Origin: Camelus ferus
Taxonomy: Eukaryota
Direction: 5' to 3'
Length of the DNA: 64,000 bases
Assembly: GCF_009834535.1 (NCBI RefSeq)
Contig: NC_045717.1
Span: forward strand, 16,802,001 to 16,866,000
Made by a program: the position numbers and the translations under genes. Shown in pieces: positions 62,692 through 64,000 of the stretch (position 1 is its first letter; every line of letters begins with the position of its first letter). The notes under the pieces are model-generated. The model did not search any database. It was given only the letters and a program-made list of their open reading frames with translations, and was not told the origin of the DNA.

Positions 62692-64000
62692 CTAGAAGAC
62701 AGGGAAAACAGGAATTGAGAAACCAGGCAGCAGGCTGGGCCACCCCTGGAGCACCTGGAGGGGCGGGCCACCAGGCAACTTCTGGTTTCCTTCTTCTGTT
62801 CCCTTGAGAATGCACGCTTGAGCTGGCTGCCTGATGTGCACACTGTCATGACCAAACCAATCTTTGGGTGAGGGTATGTTCTCCCACGGGGTTGTCACAA
62901 CAGTCATGTCACTGGGTGAGAAGTGAGGAAACTGAGGCTTGGAGAGGACAGGTCACTTGTTTAAAGTCAAAAGCAAGCAGTCGGGTGGGGAGTCAGAGCC
63001 GGGCCCATCTGACTGTGGACCTGCCCTCTGTGCTGTTGATTAATCAAATTCCCGGTCTCGCCTCTATTTATGCCCTGCAATAGCAACCAGGGATGGAGAA
63101 AGACTTGTCCACCCTAAGAAACCCCAAGGACCCATGTGACAATAAATGGGGCTGGGGGAGCAGGAGTCTGGGTGAAGGGGAAAGAGCAGCTGGGATACAG
63201 GGGCTGCCAGGACATAGGACCAGGAGTCCAGGGTCAACCGAGCAATGAGTTCCAAGAAAATTCGGAAATCCAAGTTCCAATGTGTCAGTGTCAGTCTTCC
63301 AAAACTGGCTGAGCTCTATAAAACGCTGTATGGACCAGGGTCAGCTTGAGGGCAGCTCCTGGGGTCCCCACACCCAAAGGCTGCCCTGAAAGGGGGGAAT
63401 GCCTCCCGAGGAGAGGACCAGAAGCCTGAAGGGAGCAGGCTGGCTCCTCCCTGCCACCTGCTGCCTGGGATAGTGGCTTGGGTGCTAGAGGTTTCAAGCC
63501 CACAAGATGCCAGGGAGCCAGGGACAGAATTCATTCACAGCCCTGACTCTTAGAAAGTCCTTTTTCCCAGACACTCTGGCATCAGCTCGGCAAGGAAGGG
63601 CAAGGGCTCTGGAAGGGTAGGACCCTAACTCTGGGTGGGGGGCAGGTCTCTGCCACAAGATGGGGGGAATAAAAGCCAACGGGAACTGAGTCTACCTCGG
63701 GAAACTGAAGCACAAGAGACTCTGGGGTGCTGAGGAGGGACGAGACTGACAGCTAGGGGCAAGAAGCGACTTCCCAGAAGAGCAGGAGGGCAACGCTGTG
63801 ACACGCCTGGAGCCTGGAGCGAGACAGCTGGGGAGGGGCTCCCCATGTGGACCAGGGGCTTCCCAAGCTGGAGTCACCCCATCATCCAGATGAGGAAACA
63901 GGCAGAAAGGTCATATAACACTTGTCAGAGGTCACCTAGCCCCCAACGAGAAAACAAGGAAGCTGACTGAACCCAGAGGCCAAGCTCCTGTGACTTACCC

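Overview
Mammalian genomic DNA, very probably a camelid (about 10 copies of a tRNA-Ala(AGC)-derived, vic-1-like SINE). It is syntenic to the human 19p13.11 block and contains two N gaps. Gene order: a nested, decayed ERV/LTR/L1 field (1-9 kb), BST2/tetherin (+), CCDC194 (+), PLVAP (+), GTPBP3 (-), ANO8 (+; exon 3 falls in a gap), and DDA1 (-; exon 1 lies beyond the window). All exon models were built by hand from splice signals, phase continuity and recalled orthologue proteins. Most interesting observations: (1) the ancestral BST2 start codon reads TTG, not ATG, predicting only a short tetherin without the YxY motif, although a YxxL motif lies downstream; (2) the BST2 poly(A) signal appears lost, and the first AATAAA lies in a sense-oriented LTR; (3) a 132-nt, in-frame, hydrophobic cassette exon in the ANO8 TM5-TM6 region behind a YCAY cluster; (4) the CCDC194 stop codon sits inside a consensus splice donor; (5) opposing ANO8 and DDA1 poly(A) signals overlap tail-to-tail. 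No prokaryotic features (CRISPR, operons, rRNA) are present.
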